The position numbers and the translations under genes were made by a program. A model generated the notes under the pieces. The model did no database searches and had not been told where the DNA came from. It worked only from the letters and a program-made list of their open reading frames with translations. Shown one piece after another: positions 1-10,079 of a stretch of DNA of 64,000 bases. The stretch comes from a virus. The stretch lies in IMG/VR virus record IMGVR_UViG_3300032287_003808, positions 32,001 through 96,000 of that record, one strand, 5' to 3'. The number at the start of each line of letters is the position of its first letter. Position 1 is the first letter of the stretch.

Positions 1-952
1 CAATATCTAAAATATGAAAAGCAGAATGGTCTTTACCATCACCTCTAGCAACGTCTGCTATAATCATGTATGATCTAGTATAATCTGCTGGTTCCCATAT
101 CCATAAATTTTTGTCTGCTCCTCGTCTTTCAAGTGGATCTCTAATATACGTCTTCTCATAGAATTCTAAGAATTCAGGATAAAAAACAACATCACCAGAT
201 GTACTAAAATCACAATCACATTCTTGAGCTGCTAATCTAGGATCACCTAATAACTCATTTTGTCTATCTCTCCATGATTGGTCACGTTCAGGGTGTACCA
301 TCCATGGTAATCTAATAGGTAAAAAATCATTTTCTTGATTTTCTGCTCTAACCCATGTTTGATGAAACCAGTTACCGGTACCATATGGAGTAGATAATGC
401 AATACATCCACCACCTGTTGCTAAGGTTTGTTGTGCTGATGCCCATATTTCACCGATGTTCTCAATAAATGCTGCCTCATCAATTAGTAGTAATGATACT
501 GCTTCTGATCGTCCTGCATCACTTGATGCTGATGTTGCTTTTATCTGTGAACCGTTATTTAATCTGAGGGTTAGTTTGTTATTTTCTTCTGATGGTATTT
601 TAAGCCAAGATGGTAAATTTTCATACATGAATTTTACCTTTGTAACCATGTTCTTAGCTGTGTCTTGTTTAGTAGCTATACATAGTACGTTTTTATCTTG
701 GTGAAAAGTCATCAACCATAAAGCATACCCTGCTCCTAATGTTGAAATACCTAGCTGTCTAGATTTAAGTATTATCGAATATGGGTTATCTCTCCATAAA
801 TGAAGTACTTTTTCTTGGAATTGGTAAAGATTAAATTGAATTCGCCCACGTTGTGGGTGCTGAATAAAACAATATTTACGCATAAAGTGTGCTGGATCTT
901 GGGCGCACTTAATATATTCTTGGCGTATTATTTGTTTTATGTCTTGACTCAT
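1..952 (-). CDS. terL: Terminase large subunit, T4 gp17-like (runs off window start)
   Basis: Not in ORF track. Manual translation from ATG at 952: MSQDIKQIIRQEYIKCAQDPAHFMRKYCFIQHPQRG...LYQFQ (Q motif)...LKSRQLGIST (Walker A)...LLLIDEAAF (Walker B)...LSTPYG...ADVARGDGKDHSAF (RNase H-like nuclease). Confidence 0.95.
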   Translation of the reverse strand, partial: MSQDIKQIIRQEYIKCAQDPAHFMRKYCFIQHPQRGRIQFNLYQFQEKVLHLWRDNPYSIILKSRQLGISTLGAGYALWLMTFHQDKNVLCIATKQDTAKNMVTKVKFMYENLPSWLKIPSEENNKLTLRLNNGSQIKATSASSDAGRSEAVSLLLIDEAAFIENIGEIWASAQQTLATGGGCIALSTPYGTGNWFHQTWVRAENQENDFLPIRLPWMVHPERDQSWRDRQNELLGDPRLAAQECDCDFSTSGDVVFYPEFLEFYEKTYIRDPLERRGADKNLWIWEPADYTRSYMIIADVARGDGKDHSAFHILDI

Positions 953-955
953 ATA

Positions 956-1384
956 TTATTTAATTGAAAATAAGGTAATTAAAGCTATTAAAGATCCTAA
1001 AAATCCTCCACTAACCCACTTAATTCCTTTTTTCAAATTGTTGTTTTTATTAGTCAAATCAACAACATCAGTTTCAAGACCTTTAATTATAGTATCTTGA
1101 ACAGCTGTTAATTTTTCATATGAAGCAGTCTGTTTAAGATAATTTGTTTCTTTTTCAACATAAATAGTAATTACACTATCTTTAGCATCTATTTTTTCAT
1201 TTAATTGCCATATCATTTTATTTACAAGCTTTAATTCAGCAACAGCAGAATCACCTCGTGTAAGATCAATAGCAATAGCTTTTACTTTATCATGAGAAAA
1301 ACAGATTTTATCTGTAACGATCTGTGAAAAACTGTTCAAGCTCAGAGTTAGAAGCACTAGTAAGATCTTTAATTTTGTTTCCAT
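956..1384 (-). CDS. Exported coiled-coil protein with C-terminal TM helix; possible spanin component
   Basis: Signal-peptide-like N-terminus, coiled-coil middle, hydrophobic C-terminus; overlaps upstream gene by 77 nt. No lipobox at the expected position. Confidence 0.45.
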   Translation of the reverse strand: METKLKILLVLLTLSLNSFSQIVTDKICFSHDKVKAIAIDLTRGDSAVAELKLVNKMIWQLNEKIDAKDSVITIYVEKETNYLKQTASYEKLTAVQDTIIKGLETDVVDLTNKNNNLKKGIKWVSGGFLGSLIALITLFSIK

Positions 1385-1664
1385 AGTATGTGCGTGTTTG
1401 TTGTAACTCTTGTTCGGTTAATTTAATTTCCGTATTTATAGAATCTATAAAATTTTCTTGTTTTTTAAGAGTAACATTTAAAATATTTTGTTCATTTTTT
1501 AATGAATCAATATTATTTTTTAATTTTTTAATTTCTTGTTTTTGTATATCGTATTTTGAAGTATCAACGATAGAAGGACGAAAGAATAGAAAAATTAATA
1601 ATAACAAAATGATCGCACCCATAATTAGGTGCGATACATTAAGTTTTATAGTTTTAGTTCTCAT
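1308..1664 (-). CDS. N-terminal TM plus coiled-coil protein; i-spanin-like
   Basis: LIMGAIILLLLIFLFF TM helix followed by long heptad coil. Confidence 0.5.
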   Translation of the reverse strand: MRTKTIKLNVSHLIMGAIILLLLIFLFFRPSIVDTSKYDIQKQEIKKLKNNIDSLKNEQNILNVTLKKQENFIDSINTEIKLTEQELQQTRTYYGNKIKDLTSASNSELEQFFTDRYR

Positions 1665-1667
1665 GAA

Positions 1668-2600
1668 TTAGTATCCTAATTTATCAATTTTTTTCTGAAG
1701 TTCACCCTCTAACTTATTGATTCTTTTAAGCTCATCAAATAACTTTGCTTTTTCGCCTTCATCTTCAGTGTCTTTACGTTTTTGGGCTATTTTTAATCTT
1801 TCTTCTCCAGCTTTTTTAAGAGCTTTTAAAAGAGCATCTTTATCATTTGACATTTTTTCTAGCTTACCTCCACCACCAGAAGCAGCTTTATTAGCTTTAT
1901 CTTCACTGCTTTCTTTAGCTTTAGGTTCAGGTTTTTTAGGTTCTTCTTTAGCTTTAGGTTCTTCTTTTTTAGGTTCTTCTTTAGCTTTAGGTTCAGCTTT
2001 TGCAGGCTCTTTCTTAGTTACTCCTGAGTCTGGTAATGCTGTTTTTTCTTTAGGTTCGCTAGGTGTTGTTTCTTCTCCTTCAGGTTTTGTTCTAGGGCCT
2101 TTAGGTTTATTTGATTTATCTAGGAATGGGCTAAAGTCAATTAATTCATTACCGGATTTATCTGTAAACATTTGATCTTCAGGTCGGTTTAAGAATTTGC
2201 GAATTTCTTGGTTGTTGAAAGTAGCTGTATCTACACCATATTCTTTACTTAGAGCATTAGTATCAACTGTACCTTCATCTTCTAATTTTTTAAGTAATAA
2301 GTTAAGTGCTTTACTTTTAGAAACTCCTTCTTCTCTAAATTGATCTAGAGTTGATTTAAAACCCTCCATATCATTAATATCATAGATTGGAGTTTCATTT
2401 AATAAATCCTCTTCAACAAAATCTACTGGGTCATCAGCTGTTCCTAATTTTGGGTTTTTAGTAGTTTGTCTTGCTTTTTTTATTAGCTCCTGTTTTTTAG
2501 GATCATTTAGCATTCCTGGGTTTTGTACATCTATAGTTGATTCATTAAGGAGGGAAGCTATCTCTTCACGTATAATTTCAAGTAATCTAGATTTTTTCAT
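1668..2600 (-). CDS. Probable head-associated/cargo protein, charged low-complexity C-half
   Basis: N-terminal LLEIIREEIASLLNE motif shared with many neighbours; late-promoter motif at 2615-2624. Confidence 0.55.
   Translation of the reverse strand: MKKSRLLEIIREEIASLLNESTIDVQNPGMLNDPKKQELIKKARQTTKNPKLGTADDPVDFVEEDLLNETPIYDINDMEGFKSTLDQFREEGVSKSKALNLLLKKLEDEGTVDTNALSKEYGVDTATFNNQEIRKFLNRPEDQMFTDKSGNELIDFSPFLDKSNKPKGPRTKPEGEETTPSEPKEKTALPDSGVTKKEPAKAEPKAKEEPKKEEPKAKEEPKKPEPKAKESSEDKANKAASGGGGKLEKMSNDKDALLKALKKAGEERLKIAQKRKDTEDEGEKAKLFDELKRINKLEGELQKKIDKLGY
1911..1994 (-). repeat. Coding tandem repeat (EPKAKE/EPKK units)
   Basis: Repeated ttctttagctttaggttc on the + strand. Confidence 0.85.
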
Positions 2601-2613
2601 TATTTAAATTTAT

Positions 2614-3153
2614 TTATAAATATTGGAAACTTATTACCTGTTTAATTTGTTGTATTCTTTCTTCAGTAGTGCCTGAAATGTAATGTAATTTTTTAAATTT
2701 ATGAGGGTATTTATCTAGTAAGCGTTTAATGTTTTGATCAATTTCCATTCTATATTCAGGATCAATTGTTCTAACTCCATTATCTTCTATTTCTACACCT
2801 TCAGGTGAAATATAAAATATGTAATTATATTCCATAATTAAGTTAAGTGCTAAATCCTCAAAATGATCAGATACAAAATATGGGATTGATTTAGCTGCTC
2901 TAGTAAAAGCCATAACATCAACTACAGTACGATCTGTTACAATTTTTTCACACATTAATTCACTAGCACGTTCAGCTAAAAATACAATTTGACCCTTAAT
3001 AGTTGAATCTGTATTTAATGGGATTCCTAAATCTCTTAAGTATTTTGAACGTTCAGTTACAAAAGTATAATCTTTAAATTCAGGTAATTCTTTTAACGCA
3101 TTAACTAATGTAGTTTTACCTACAGACATTGTTCCACAAAATCCTATTTTCAT
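2614..3153 (-). CDS. P-loop nucleotide kinase/ATPase (NadR/AAA_28-like)
   Basis: MKIGFCGTMSVGKTTL Walker A; VTDRT; IEDNGVR. Confidence 0.85.
   Translation of the reverse strand: MKIGFCGTMSVGKTTLVNALKELPEFKDYTFVTERSKYLRDLGIPLNTDSTIKGQIVFLAERASELMCEKIVTDRTVVDVMAFTRAAKSIPYFVSDHFEDLALNLIMEYNYIFYISPEGVEIEDNGVRTIDPEYRMEIDQNIKRLLDKYPHKFKKLHYISGTTEERIQQIKQVISFQYL
2615..2624 (-). promoter_or_regulatory. Putative late promoter AATATTTAT(A) (representative copy)
   Basis: Related motif upstream of late genes at about 4159, 12803, 17463, 23937, 31519, 34131, 37333 and 40004. Confidence 0.7.
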
Positions 3154-3155
3154 AA

Positions 3156-3389
3156 TTAAAATCTAGCTTTAGCACCTCCTGATTTATACCATGGCAATCC
3201 ATCGCCACCTTTCTTAGCTGCTTTCCATTCAGATTCAGTATATTTCATTCCATTAATGTAATATTCTTTTTTCTTCATATCACCTTCAGGAATATAAGCA
3301 GGTCCTTCTAAATTATGCATTTTACCATCTAGGTAATAAACAACTGTTCCGTCAGCGGAAACTAATTTTTTGGTTTGAGTATTTGACAT
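3156..3389 (-). CDS. Hypothetical protein with H-x-x-x-GPA repeat unit
   Basis: YYLDGKMHNLEGPAYI...EYYINGM, a common phage repeat motif. Confidence 0.7.
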   Translation of the reverse strand: MSNTQTKKLVSADGTVVYYLDGKMHNLEGPAYIPEGDMKKKEYYINGMKYTESEWKAAKKGGDGLPWYKSGGAKARF

Positions 3390-3412
3390 AACTTTTTATT
3401 TTTTGGTTTACC

Positions 3413-3444
3413 TAAATATATGAAAAATATATTAAAAAGCCAAA
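3413..3444 (-). promoter_or_regulatory. Bacteroidota housekeeping-type promoter (TTTG-N20-TATATTTA)
   Basis: Matches the -33 TTTG / -7 TAnnTTTG consensus with correct spacing; similar copies near 6406-6437 and 7665-7695. Confidence 0.65.
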
Positions 3445-3446
3445 AT

Positions 3447-3683
3447 TTATTGGATCTCATTAACATAAGAAATAAACTCAAGAATAATATTTTTATGTTG
3501 AGAAGAATTTTTAGCTGTTTCTTTTAGCATATTATGTAAATCATGTTCTCCTTCTTCTAAAGTAGATGTGATAGGTTTTAAAACAGACTCTACAACTTCG
3601 TATTCTCCATCATCACCATAATCACAAACATCATTTAAATAAAGATTAATATATTCTGTTAATTTATCTTTTGATAGTTTCAT
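3447..3683 (-). CDS. Hypothetical protein
   Basis: ORF packed in operon. Confidence 0.7.
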   Translation of the reverse strand: MKLSKDKLTEYINLYLNDVCDYGDDGEYEVVESVLKPITSTLEEGEHDLHNMLKETAKNSSQHKNIILEFISYVNEIQ

Positions 3684-4146
3684 AAATGTATGTTTTAATC
3701 TTTTTAAATACTTCTTGTAATTTACTTAATTGGCTATTTAACCATTTCAATCGTTGACCAAATCTTTTACCTCCCATTGGAGTCTCAATATTAGACTCCG
3801 GGATATATTTTAATAGCGGTTTAATATACTCATTTCCTGCTAAAAATATAAATTTGTTTTTATTAGGATCAATACCACGTTGTTTCATTTCCCTATAAAC
3901 TTCTTCACCCCATTTTTCTTTTTCCTCTTTATTAAAATCTTTTAGAGTTAAATCATATGGTTTTAATTTTTGGTCTAAATTAACTAAATGATGTTTAGCC
4001 GATAAAATATACATCTTGTCAGGCTTAAGTGTTTTACCATACTCTAATGTTTTTTGAAACATAGGAGATGCTGAATATAACTCTTGAGCTGGTGCTTCGT
4101 ACGGAGTTTTAGATTTGGTACAACTTAATAGTACTACTGTTGCCAT
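3664..4146 (-). CDS. DUF6884-like protein
   Basis: VVLLSCTKSK...AQELYSASPMF...ILSAKHHLV...PYDLTL...LAGNEY motif pattern. Confidence 0.7.
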   Translation of the reverse strand: MATVVLLSCTKSKTPYEAPAQELYSASPMFQKTLEYGKTLKPDKMYILSAKHHLVNLDQKLKPYDLTLKDFNKEEKEKWGEEVYREMKQRGIDPNKNKFIFLAGNEYIKPLLKYIPESNIETPMGGKRFGQRLKWLNSQLSKLQEVFKKIKTYIYETIKR

Positions 4147-4166
4147 TAAATATTTTATGATAAATA

Positions 4167-5201
4167 TTAATAAGTTTGTATCTCTTTAATAACGTTTCTC
4201 TTTAACATTAAGTTCATATGGATTCTAAAACAATTCATAAAATCTTGAGATAACTCAGGATATTTTCCTATTAACGTTGGTAAGAAATGATTAAATGTTG
4301 TTGAGTGATTTTGTGTAGAATGTATATGAACATGTTTCTTCATTTGTTTCTTTAAATAATTGTAATTTTTATTATTTGAACGATTCTGGTTCAGTTTGTA
4401 AAAATAATTAAATAAGTAGATTAAATACGATCTTGAAGATTCAAACTCCATATTAGCTAAAATTTCTTTAGCTAAATTAAGATTAGACTCATCTTGACTA
4501 GTCACCATATTAAGGATATTTTCAAAAACATCCTCATCTATAGTTAATCCTTCATTTACAACATCACTTATATTATGGTCGAATATAATTTTAAGATTAT
4601 AATTTTCTACTATATCAAACATGTTTAGGAAAAAATTCGTATTATCTGCTGCTTTTTTATTTCCCCAATCGTTAGTTACAAGAGTACATTCTATTAAAGG
4701 GTATGTGCTTATTATAGATAATTTAGAATCTAGATTAACTAAATCATTATAATCTTCATTAGATACAAAATAATGAGTTATTTTTTCACCTGCTACCTCA
4801 TCTATTTTATAATAATTTGAAGAGTTATTTATATATTTTTTAAAATATGAATCTTTTAAAATGACTTCTGGTGGTACTATATAATAATTGATTAGTTTTT
4901 TAGTGTAAGAAGAAGCTACAAAATCATGATTTATAATTAATGTATCTATCTTATCTAATTTCCTTGCTGTTTTTATATTTAGTTTATTTTCTTCTATATA
5001 ATTTTTTAATTTATATGGAGGAAATTCTGATAAGGGGGTTAAATAAACTGTTGTGTTATCTTCTAGCTTATTATTTTTATTTAGTTCATACAGTTCTTGA
5101 TATTTTTTTACTTTACTTTTTTCTACATATCCCTTTATTGTAGTATAACCAATGTTTAAGTGGGTTTTATTATGACCTAATTTTAAAAAAGTTCCTACCA
5201 T
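4167..5201 (-). CDS. Hypothetical protein, possible N-terminal BRCT-like domain; third gene of MoxR-VWA module
   Basis: VYLTPLSEFPPYKLKNYIEE...IKTARKLDKIDTLII pattern; 2 nt from the MoxR stop. Confidence 0.45.
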   Translation of the reverse strand: MVGTFLKLGHNKTHLNIGYTTIKGYVEKSKVKKYQELYELNKNNKLEDNTTVYLTPLSEFPPYKLKNYIEENKLNIKTARKLDKIDTLIINHDFVASSYTKKLINYYIVPPEVILKDSYFKKYINNSSNYYKIDEVAGEKITHYFVSNEDYNDLVNLDSKLSIISTYPLIECTLVTNDWGNKKAADNTNFFLNMFDIVENYNLKIIFDHNISDVVNEGLTIDEDVFENILNMVTSQDESNLNLAKEILANMEFESSRSYLIYLFNYFYKLNQNRSNNKNYNYLKKQMKKHVHIHSTQNHSTTFNHFLPTLIGKYPELSQDFMNCFRIHMNLMLKRNVIKEIQTY

Positions 5202-5203
5202 GA

Positions 5204-6385
5204 CTATTTACTTAAAAATTTAATTAAAACTTTATCTAACATTAACAATTTAAACGCAGATGAATTTCCATTATATATTGATTTTACAATATTATATTTT
5301 AAATCCACTGCAAATAATTCTTCATTCATTAAGAATGATAACCTGTTAATAATTGGTTTTTCAATTTTATTATCTTTACTATAATATAAACTATAGTTAA
5401 TAAGTCGAGTTGATAAAATAGATGCTAAATCGGCTCTATAGTCTTTATCTTTCCCTATAACTCCTTTTAAAGTATTAAGTACATACTCTTCACTTTCATG
5501 AGTTAGTATAGTTTCAGGTGAAATAATCTTATCTAACTTATTATTAATGAACATTGTGAATAATGTTGTAAATTCAGGTCCAACTGATCCTTCTCCAATC
5601 ATTTGAATTAGATATAGATTATCATCAAATGAAGAAATAGATGAAATTGAATTAAAGAATGTTGTGATGCTTCTTGAATTAGTGTCTGTTGAAACTAATT
5701 CGGGATGTTTTAATAAGAAGTTAATACATCTGTTATCAATTTGAGCATTTTCAGCCCACTCACTCCAACATTTAATATCAAATTTTAAATTAACCGAAAT
5801 AAATCGTGTTTTTTGGGCGTTATCAATACTGTTAACTAAATATTCTCCATTATCCGGATTGGCGGTTAATATGATGTGCCAATCTTTAGGTAGAGACCAA
5901 CTGATATACTGTTGTCTATCTATTAGTTCCATAACAGCTTGTATGAACCTGATGTCTGCTCTATTCCAGTCATCTAATAATAAGATTCCACCATTTGATT
6001 TTCCACTAATCCACTCAGGTGGACAATAACTCATTCGATTTTGGCCTGTGAATTTATAACCTAATTTGGTATATTCTTCTACAGCATGTTCATCAATCCA
6101 AAGACAATCATTATCTGTTTTGCAAACTTCAAATTGTCTAATTGGAAACCCTACTAAATCTCCTAATTCTTCGATTTGGGCTAAATTCAACTTTACAAAG
6201 TTTAAATTTAACTCATTAGCTAATTGAATGATTGTTGATGTTTTTCCAATCCCAGAATCACCAATAACCTCAGTTGCTACAGGCAATTTACCATTTGCTT
6301 GTAAGTAACGATTGTTTGAAATGATGTGGGTTAGGAATTCTTTTGCCTCACTGATGTTCAGTGAAATTTGTTTACTGTTTGACAT
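5204..6385 (-). CDS. MoxR-like AAA+ ATPase
   Basis: GDSGIGKT Walker A, LLLDDWNRA Walker B, LTANP sensor 1, IDNAQKTRF Arg finger. Confidence 0.9.
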   Translation of the reverse strand: MSNSKQISLNISEAKEFLTHIISNNRYLQANGKLPVATEVIGDSGIGKTSTIIQLANELNLNFVKLNLAQIEELGDLVGFPIRQFEVCKTDNDCLWIDEHAVEEYTKLGYKFTGQNRMSYCPPEWISGKSNGGILLLDDWNRADIRFIQAVMELIDRQQYISWSLPKDWHIILTANPDNGEYLVNSIDNAQKTRFISVNLKFDIKCWSEWAENAQIDNRCINFLLKHPELVSTDTNSRSITTFFNSISSISSFDDNLYLIQMIGEGSVGPEFTTLFTMFINNKLDKIISPETILTHESEEYVLNTLKGVIGKDKDYRADLASILSTRLINYSLYYSKDNKIEKPIINRLSFLMNEELFAVDLKYNIVKSIYNGNSSAFKLLMLDKVLIKFLSK

Positions 6386-6439
6386 AACTCTTATTTTTAA
6401 TTTACCTAAATATACTAATCTAATTTTGGAGGGCCAAAC

Positions 6440-7648
6440 TTAATCTTGAATTTTGATCACGTTACCCCATCCATTTTCTTTAACAATATCTATTTGCTCC
6501 CCATTAGAACATATTACGGTTAACATGGGTTTAAATGTATTAAATGTTTTTTCTCCTATGAATCCATCAGTTAATACAATTAAACTACTATACTGTCTAT
6601 GTTTATTTATGTACTCAATAAATGGATTCATATCTGTGCCGCCTCGACCCGTAACAAACTCAGGCATTTTACCTTTATATTCATAAACATTTTTAATATC
6701 AGCATCACCTTCAGCTATAGTTATAGTAACACCGGTTTTGTACATATGATATATTTCATTGAAAAATTCTATCAGGTCACTTTCCCTTACTGATCCTGAA
6801 GTATCTACACCTACTAATACATGTTTTTTAGGTTTGATTTTTAATGCTGGGTTTTCTTCGTAGCGTTTGTTTAGTTTGCGTCTTGTCTTTTTAGTGTAGA
6901 TTTTAGATGAAGAGCCAAAGAATCTTCTAAAATAAGACTTCCAATCATATGAAGGAGGAGTTATTTCAAACATATTGTCTATATAATCTTTTAACTCACT
7001 AGGAACAAATCCTCGACCATTATCTTTTTGGCCTTCAACAATACTTTTTATTTGGTGTCTAATTTGAGACGCAATTAATTTTTTATCAGCTTCAGACAAT
7101 TCATCAAATTCTTTCCATGTTGGATGTAAACTACCTGCTTCACAACCGTGAGTACCTCCAAAACTTGGATCACTATCTAACATAGCATTTAAAGTAGGAC
7201 TTGTTCCATTCTTTTTAGCTTGTGATAGCAATTCATAATATACTTTTGTACCTGCTTTTTCTGGTAGTTTTAATTCAGGGAATGTAGATAATAATAAAAT
7301 GTCCTTTGATGGGTATTGTTCTGGGGTTAGGTATTGATTGATTTCTAAATCTGCAGCTATATTATGCAATTCATGGTCAGGGAACCATTCTCTATCTTCT
7401 AAATGTTTAAAACAAATATGAAGTAATTCATGTTTAAGGAGTCCTATTTTCTTTTTATCTGTATCTAAAGAACCCCAAAACTCTTCATTAACTGCTAATT
7501 GGTAGTTTATATTATTTTTACAAACACCAGCTGTAGGAACATCTTTTCTTACTACTTTATTTAATGTTGAAAGAAAAATACCATAAAATGGTTCACTTAA
7601 CATTAACTGTTTACCTATACGGCCAACATCTTCTAATACATTTGTCAT
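6440..7648 (-). CDS. Metallopeptidase-like plus VWA domain protein (DUF2201 type)
   Basis: HELLH, NIAADLEIN, VGVDTSGS MIDAS, GRGGTDM, LTDG. Confidence 0.9.
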   Translation of the reverse strand: MTNVLEDVGRIGKQLMLSEPFYGIFLSTLNKVVRKDVPTAGVCKNNINYQLAVNEEFWGSLDTDKKKIGLLKHELLHICFKHLEDREWFPDHELHNIAADLEINQYLTPEQYPSKDILLLSTFPELKLPEKAGTKVYYELLSQAKKNGTSPTLNAMLDSDPSFGGTHGCEAGSLHPTWKEFDELSEADKKLIASQIRHQIKSIVEGQKDNGRGFVPSELKDYIDNMFEITPPSYDWKSYFRRFFGSSSKIYTKKTRRKLNKRYEENPALKIKPKKHVLVGVDTSGSVRESDLIEFFNEIYHMYKTGVTITIAEGDADIKNVYEYKGKMPEFVTGRGGTDMNPFIEYINKHRQYSSLIVLTDGFIGEKTFNTFKPMLTVICSNGEQIDIVKENGWGNVIKIQD

Positions 7649-7671
7649 AACTTTTATTTTTCTTTAAATAT

Positions 7672-7693
7672 AAAAAAGGCCTCTTACGAGGCC
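7672..7693 (-). terminator. Intrinsic terminator overlapping next promoter
   Basis: GGCCTC-GTAA-GAGGCC-TTTTTT on the minus strand. Confidence 0.75.
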
Positions 7694-7698
7694 AATTT

Positions 7699-9054
7699 TT
7701 ACAATAAACTTTCTGCTACATAAATTGCTTGCGCACCTGACACTGTAATGCCGCGTGCGCTTAAAGCATCACCTACAAAATGTACATTTGGGTAATCAGT
7801 TAATGCTAGATTTTTATAATCTACTTTAACCTCAGGTGATAGATATTTTACTTCAGGAATATACATACCCCAATCATCTCCTAATGTTGGGAATACTTTT
7901 TTCATATCCATGATAAAATCCATAACATATTTGAAATAACCACCCATTGCAGGTTCTACAACATGAGTTAAAGTATCTAAACTAATTTGTTGTGTGCTTA
8001 CCCTATTACCTTCAGATGTAGTTGATGGTTGACGAGATGGGCTATAATATAATCCAGTTCTAATACCGTTAGGGGAATCTAAGTCTATTGGAAAAGGGGA
8101 TGAATATTGTATTTTAGAAACTACTTCACGTGACCAAGTAAATGGATCTTCAATACCATTGATTTCCATTAATATACCAAAGTTAGTCATATTATTTCTA
8201 TATGCTTCATCTTTTTTAGCGTGACCATTATATGAATGATCTCCATATGTTTCCTCTACAGCAACATAAGCAGCATTATTGTTTGTACAGAATGAACGTA
8301 ACGATACTCCTTCATCATCAAATTTTCTATATAACTTAAAGTCATATGAAATATCGATTAGTTTTTGAAAATGTTCTTGGGGTGCTTCAAATCGAACTCC
8401 AATTTGTACTGATTTGGGTTCATCCGGTAGTTCATATTCGTTTGCTAATTGTTGGGCAAAATCAATTCCTGATTTACCTACTGCAAATATGAGTTCATCA
8501 TATATAGTTCCTCCAGGTCCTAATTCAGGATAATTTAAGTTATTTATGGTTAAATGTTTTTTATCAAATTCAATGCTTGTTACTTTACATTCCCATAAAA
8601 ATTTAACGCCTTTTTCAACTAAATAATCGTACCAATTTTTAGCAATTTCAGATAAATAATCTGTTCCTACGTGCCATACAGGAAATAAACGTAAACCAAA
8701 ATATGGTTTAATAAAATCAGGTTCCTCAACAGGATTTGAACATTGTACTTCTTCAGGTTTAGGGTGGAAACGTTTAAAATTGGTAATTACTTGATCCATC
8801 AATTCCATTGCTTTTTCCTCACCACAATATTTAGATAATTGACCTCCAATTGCTGTATGGTATGTTAATTTACCATCAGACCAACCTCCAGCACCTAAAA
8901 ATCCTGTCATTACCTCTTCAGGTAAACGTTGGTATGGATCTTTACCCATATCAACTATTGTGATAAGTTCTCCAGGATAACCATTATCAACTAATTTTGT
9001 TGCAGCATTTACGCCTGCTACTCCAGCTCCTACTATTACTACTCGTTTATCCAT
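7699..9054 (-). CDS. FAD-dependent oxidoreductase (COG2509-like)
   Basis: VVIVGAGVAG Rossmann motif, GAGGWSDGKL, IGVRFE, RSFCTN, HFVGDA...RGI. Confidence 0.9.
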   Translation of the reverse strand: MDKRVVIVGAGVAGVNAATKLVDNGYPGELITIVDMGKDPYQRLPEEVMTGFLGAGGWSDGKLTYHTAIGGQLSKYCGEEKAMELMDQVITNFKRFHPKPEEVQCSNPVEEPDFIKPYFGLRLFPVWHVGTDYLSEIAKNWYDYLVEKGVKFLWECKVTSIEFDKKHLTINNLNYPELGPGGTIYDELIFAVGKSGIDFAQQLANEYELPDEPKSVQIGVRFEAPQEHFQKLIDISYDFKLYRKFDDEGVSLRSFCTNNNAAYVAVEETYGDHSYNGHAKKDEAYRNNMTNFGILMEINGIEDPFTWSREVVSKIQYSSPFPIDLDSPNGIRTGLYYSPSRQPSTTSEGNRVSTQQISLDTLTHVVEPAMGGYFKYVMDFIMDMKKVFPTLGDDWGMYIPEVKYLSPEVKVDYKNLALTDYPNVHFVGDALSARGITVSGAQAIYVAESLL

Positions 9055-9512
9055 TCTGGTTTATTATTTAATTTTCTCCAACCTAATTTTTTAACTTTTA
9101 TTTTATCGTTAATATAAAAATTTTTATATGATTTTATAGTATCTTCTAATTTAAATTCGTCAGGCATACATCTAGGAGGGTCAACAAATCCATTATCGGG
9201 AATATTAGGTTCGTTAACTTGTAACCATTCAAGTACATCTTTTGTTTTATGTTTTTTACCATATCGTTTTTCAAATTCATCACAAATTTCTAATCCATGT
9301 TGAATTAACCATCTATAATGTTGTATAGATTCTCTTACCCATTTTGCCGATGGGTGATTAGTATGGGATTGTTTATATGGAGCAGTTGATCCATTTACCC
9401 AATGAGCAGTACTACACATTTGTGCGCTTTCTATCTGCATTTTTCTAATATGATCATCAGCCAACTCACGAGCTGCTATAATCGGATCTTCATTAATGTA
9501 AAATATATTCAT
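9039..9512 (-). CDS. Pyrimidine-dimer DNA glycosylase / endonuclease V-like
   Basis: MNIFY...DDHIRKMQIESAQMCSTAH...HTNHPSAKWVR...RYGKKH pattern. Confidence 0.8.
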   Translation of the reverse strand: MNIFYINEDPIIAARELADDHIRKMQIESAQMCSTAHWVNGSTAPYKQSHTNHPSAKWVRESIQHYRWLIQHGLEICDEFEKRYGKKHKTKDVLEWLQVNEPNIPDNGFVDPPRCMPDEFKLEDTIKSYKNFYINDKIKVKKLGWRKLNNKPEWINE

Positions 9513-9534
9513 GACCTTTATTTTCTTAAATATA

Positions 9535-9567
9535 TAAAAAAAGAAGGCCTAATCCAAAGATTAGGCC
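9535..9567 (-). terminator. Intrinsic terminator
   Basis: GGCCTAATC-TTTG-GATTAGGCC-TTCTTTTTT. Confidence 0.8.
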
Positions 9568-9623
9568 ACAACTCTAGAAAATTCATTTTTAAAAATTAAG
9601 CGACTAGGCTGTGAATCTAGTCT

Positions 9624-10079
9624 TTATTTTACGTCGTATTCTACTTTATCTACTACTAATTTATTTATAGTATTAATATTTACCATTCTATACCCTTTAA
9701 TTTTAGCATCAAATACCGGAATTAAACCTTTTTCGTCTGGGTTGTATGGTAATGTTCCTCCTTTAAGGTATACTTTAACACCTAAACGAGCATTCATTAC
9801 TCTATTAGTACCATCTTTTTTAGTAAAAGATACTGTAAAATATTTACCTTTAGTACTTTTAATTATTTTAGCTGCTTCTTGTTTAGAAATAGTTCTATTA
9901 GGAAACTCAGGATTGTCCTCTGGTTTTTCTTGAGGTTGTTCTGGTTCTTCTTTTTGTTCAGGCTCTTGAGGTTGTTCTTCTTCCGGAGTTTCTTCTGGGT
10001 TTTCTTCCTCAGATGCAGGTATTTCTTCTGCTTCTAGAAGAATTTTTTTAATTATATCTTTTAAATTTAGGGAATTCAT
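9624..10079 (-). CDS. SH3/WYL_2-like domain protein with acidic linker
   Basis: FTVSFTKKDGTNRVMNARLG...VFDAKIKGYRMVN; N-terminal LKDIIKKILLE motif. Confidence 0.6.
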   Translation of the reverse strand: MNSLNLKDIIKKILLEAEEIPASEEENPEETPEEEQPQEPEQKEEPEQPQEKPEDNPEFPNRTISKQEAAKIIKSTKGKYFTVSFTKKDGTNRVMNARLGVKVYLKGGTLPYNPDEKGLIPVFDAKIKGYRMVNINTINKLVVDKVEYDVK

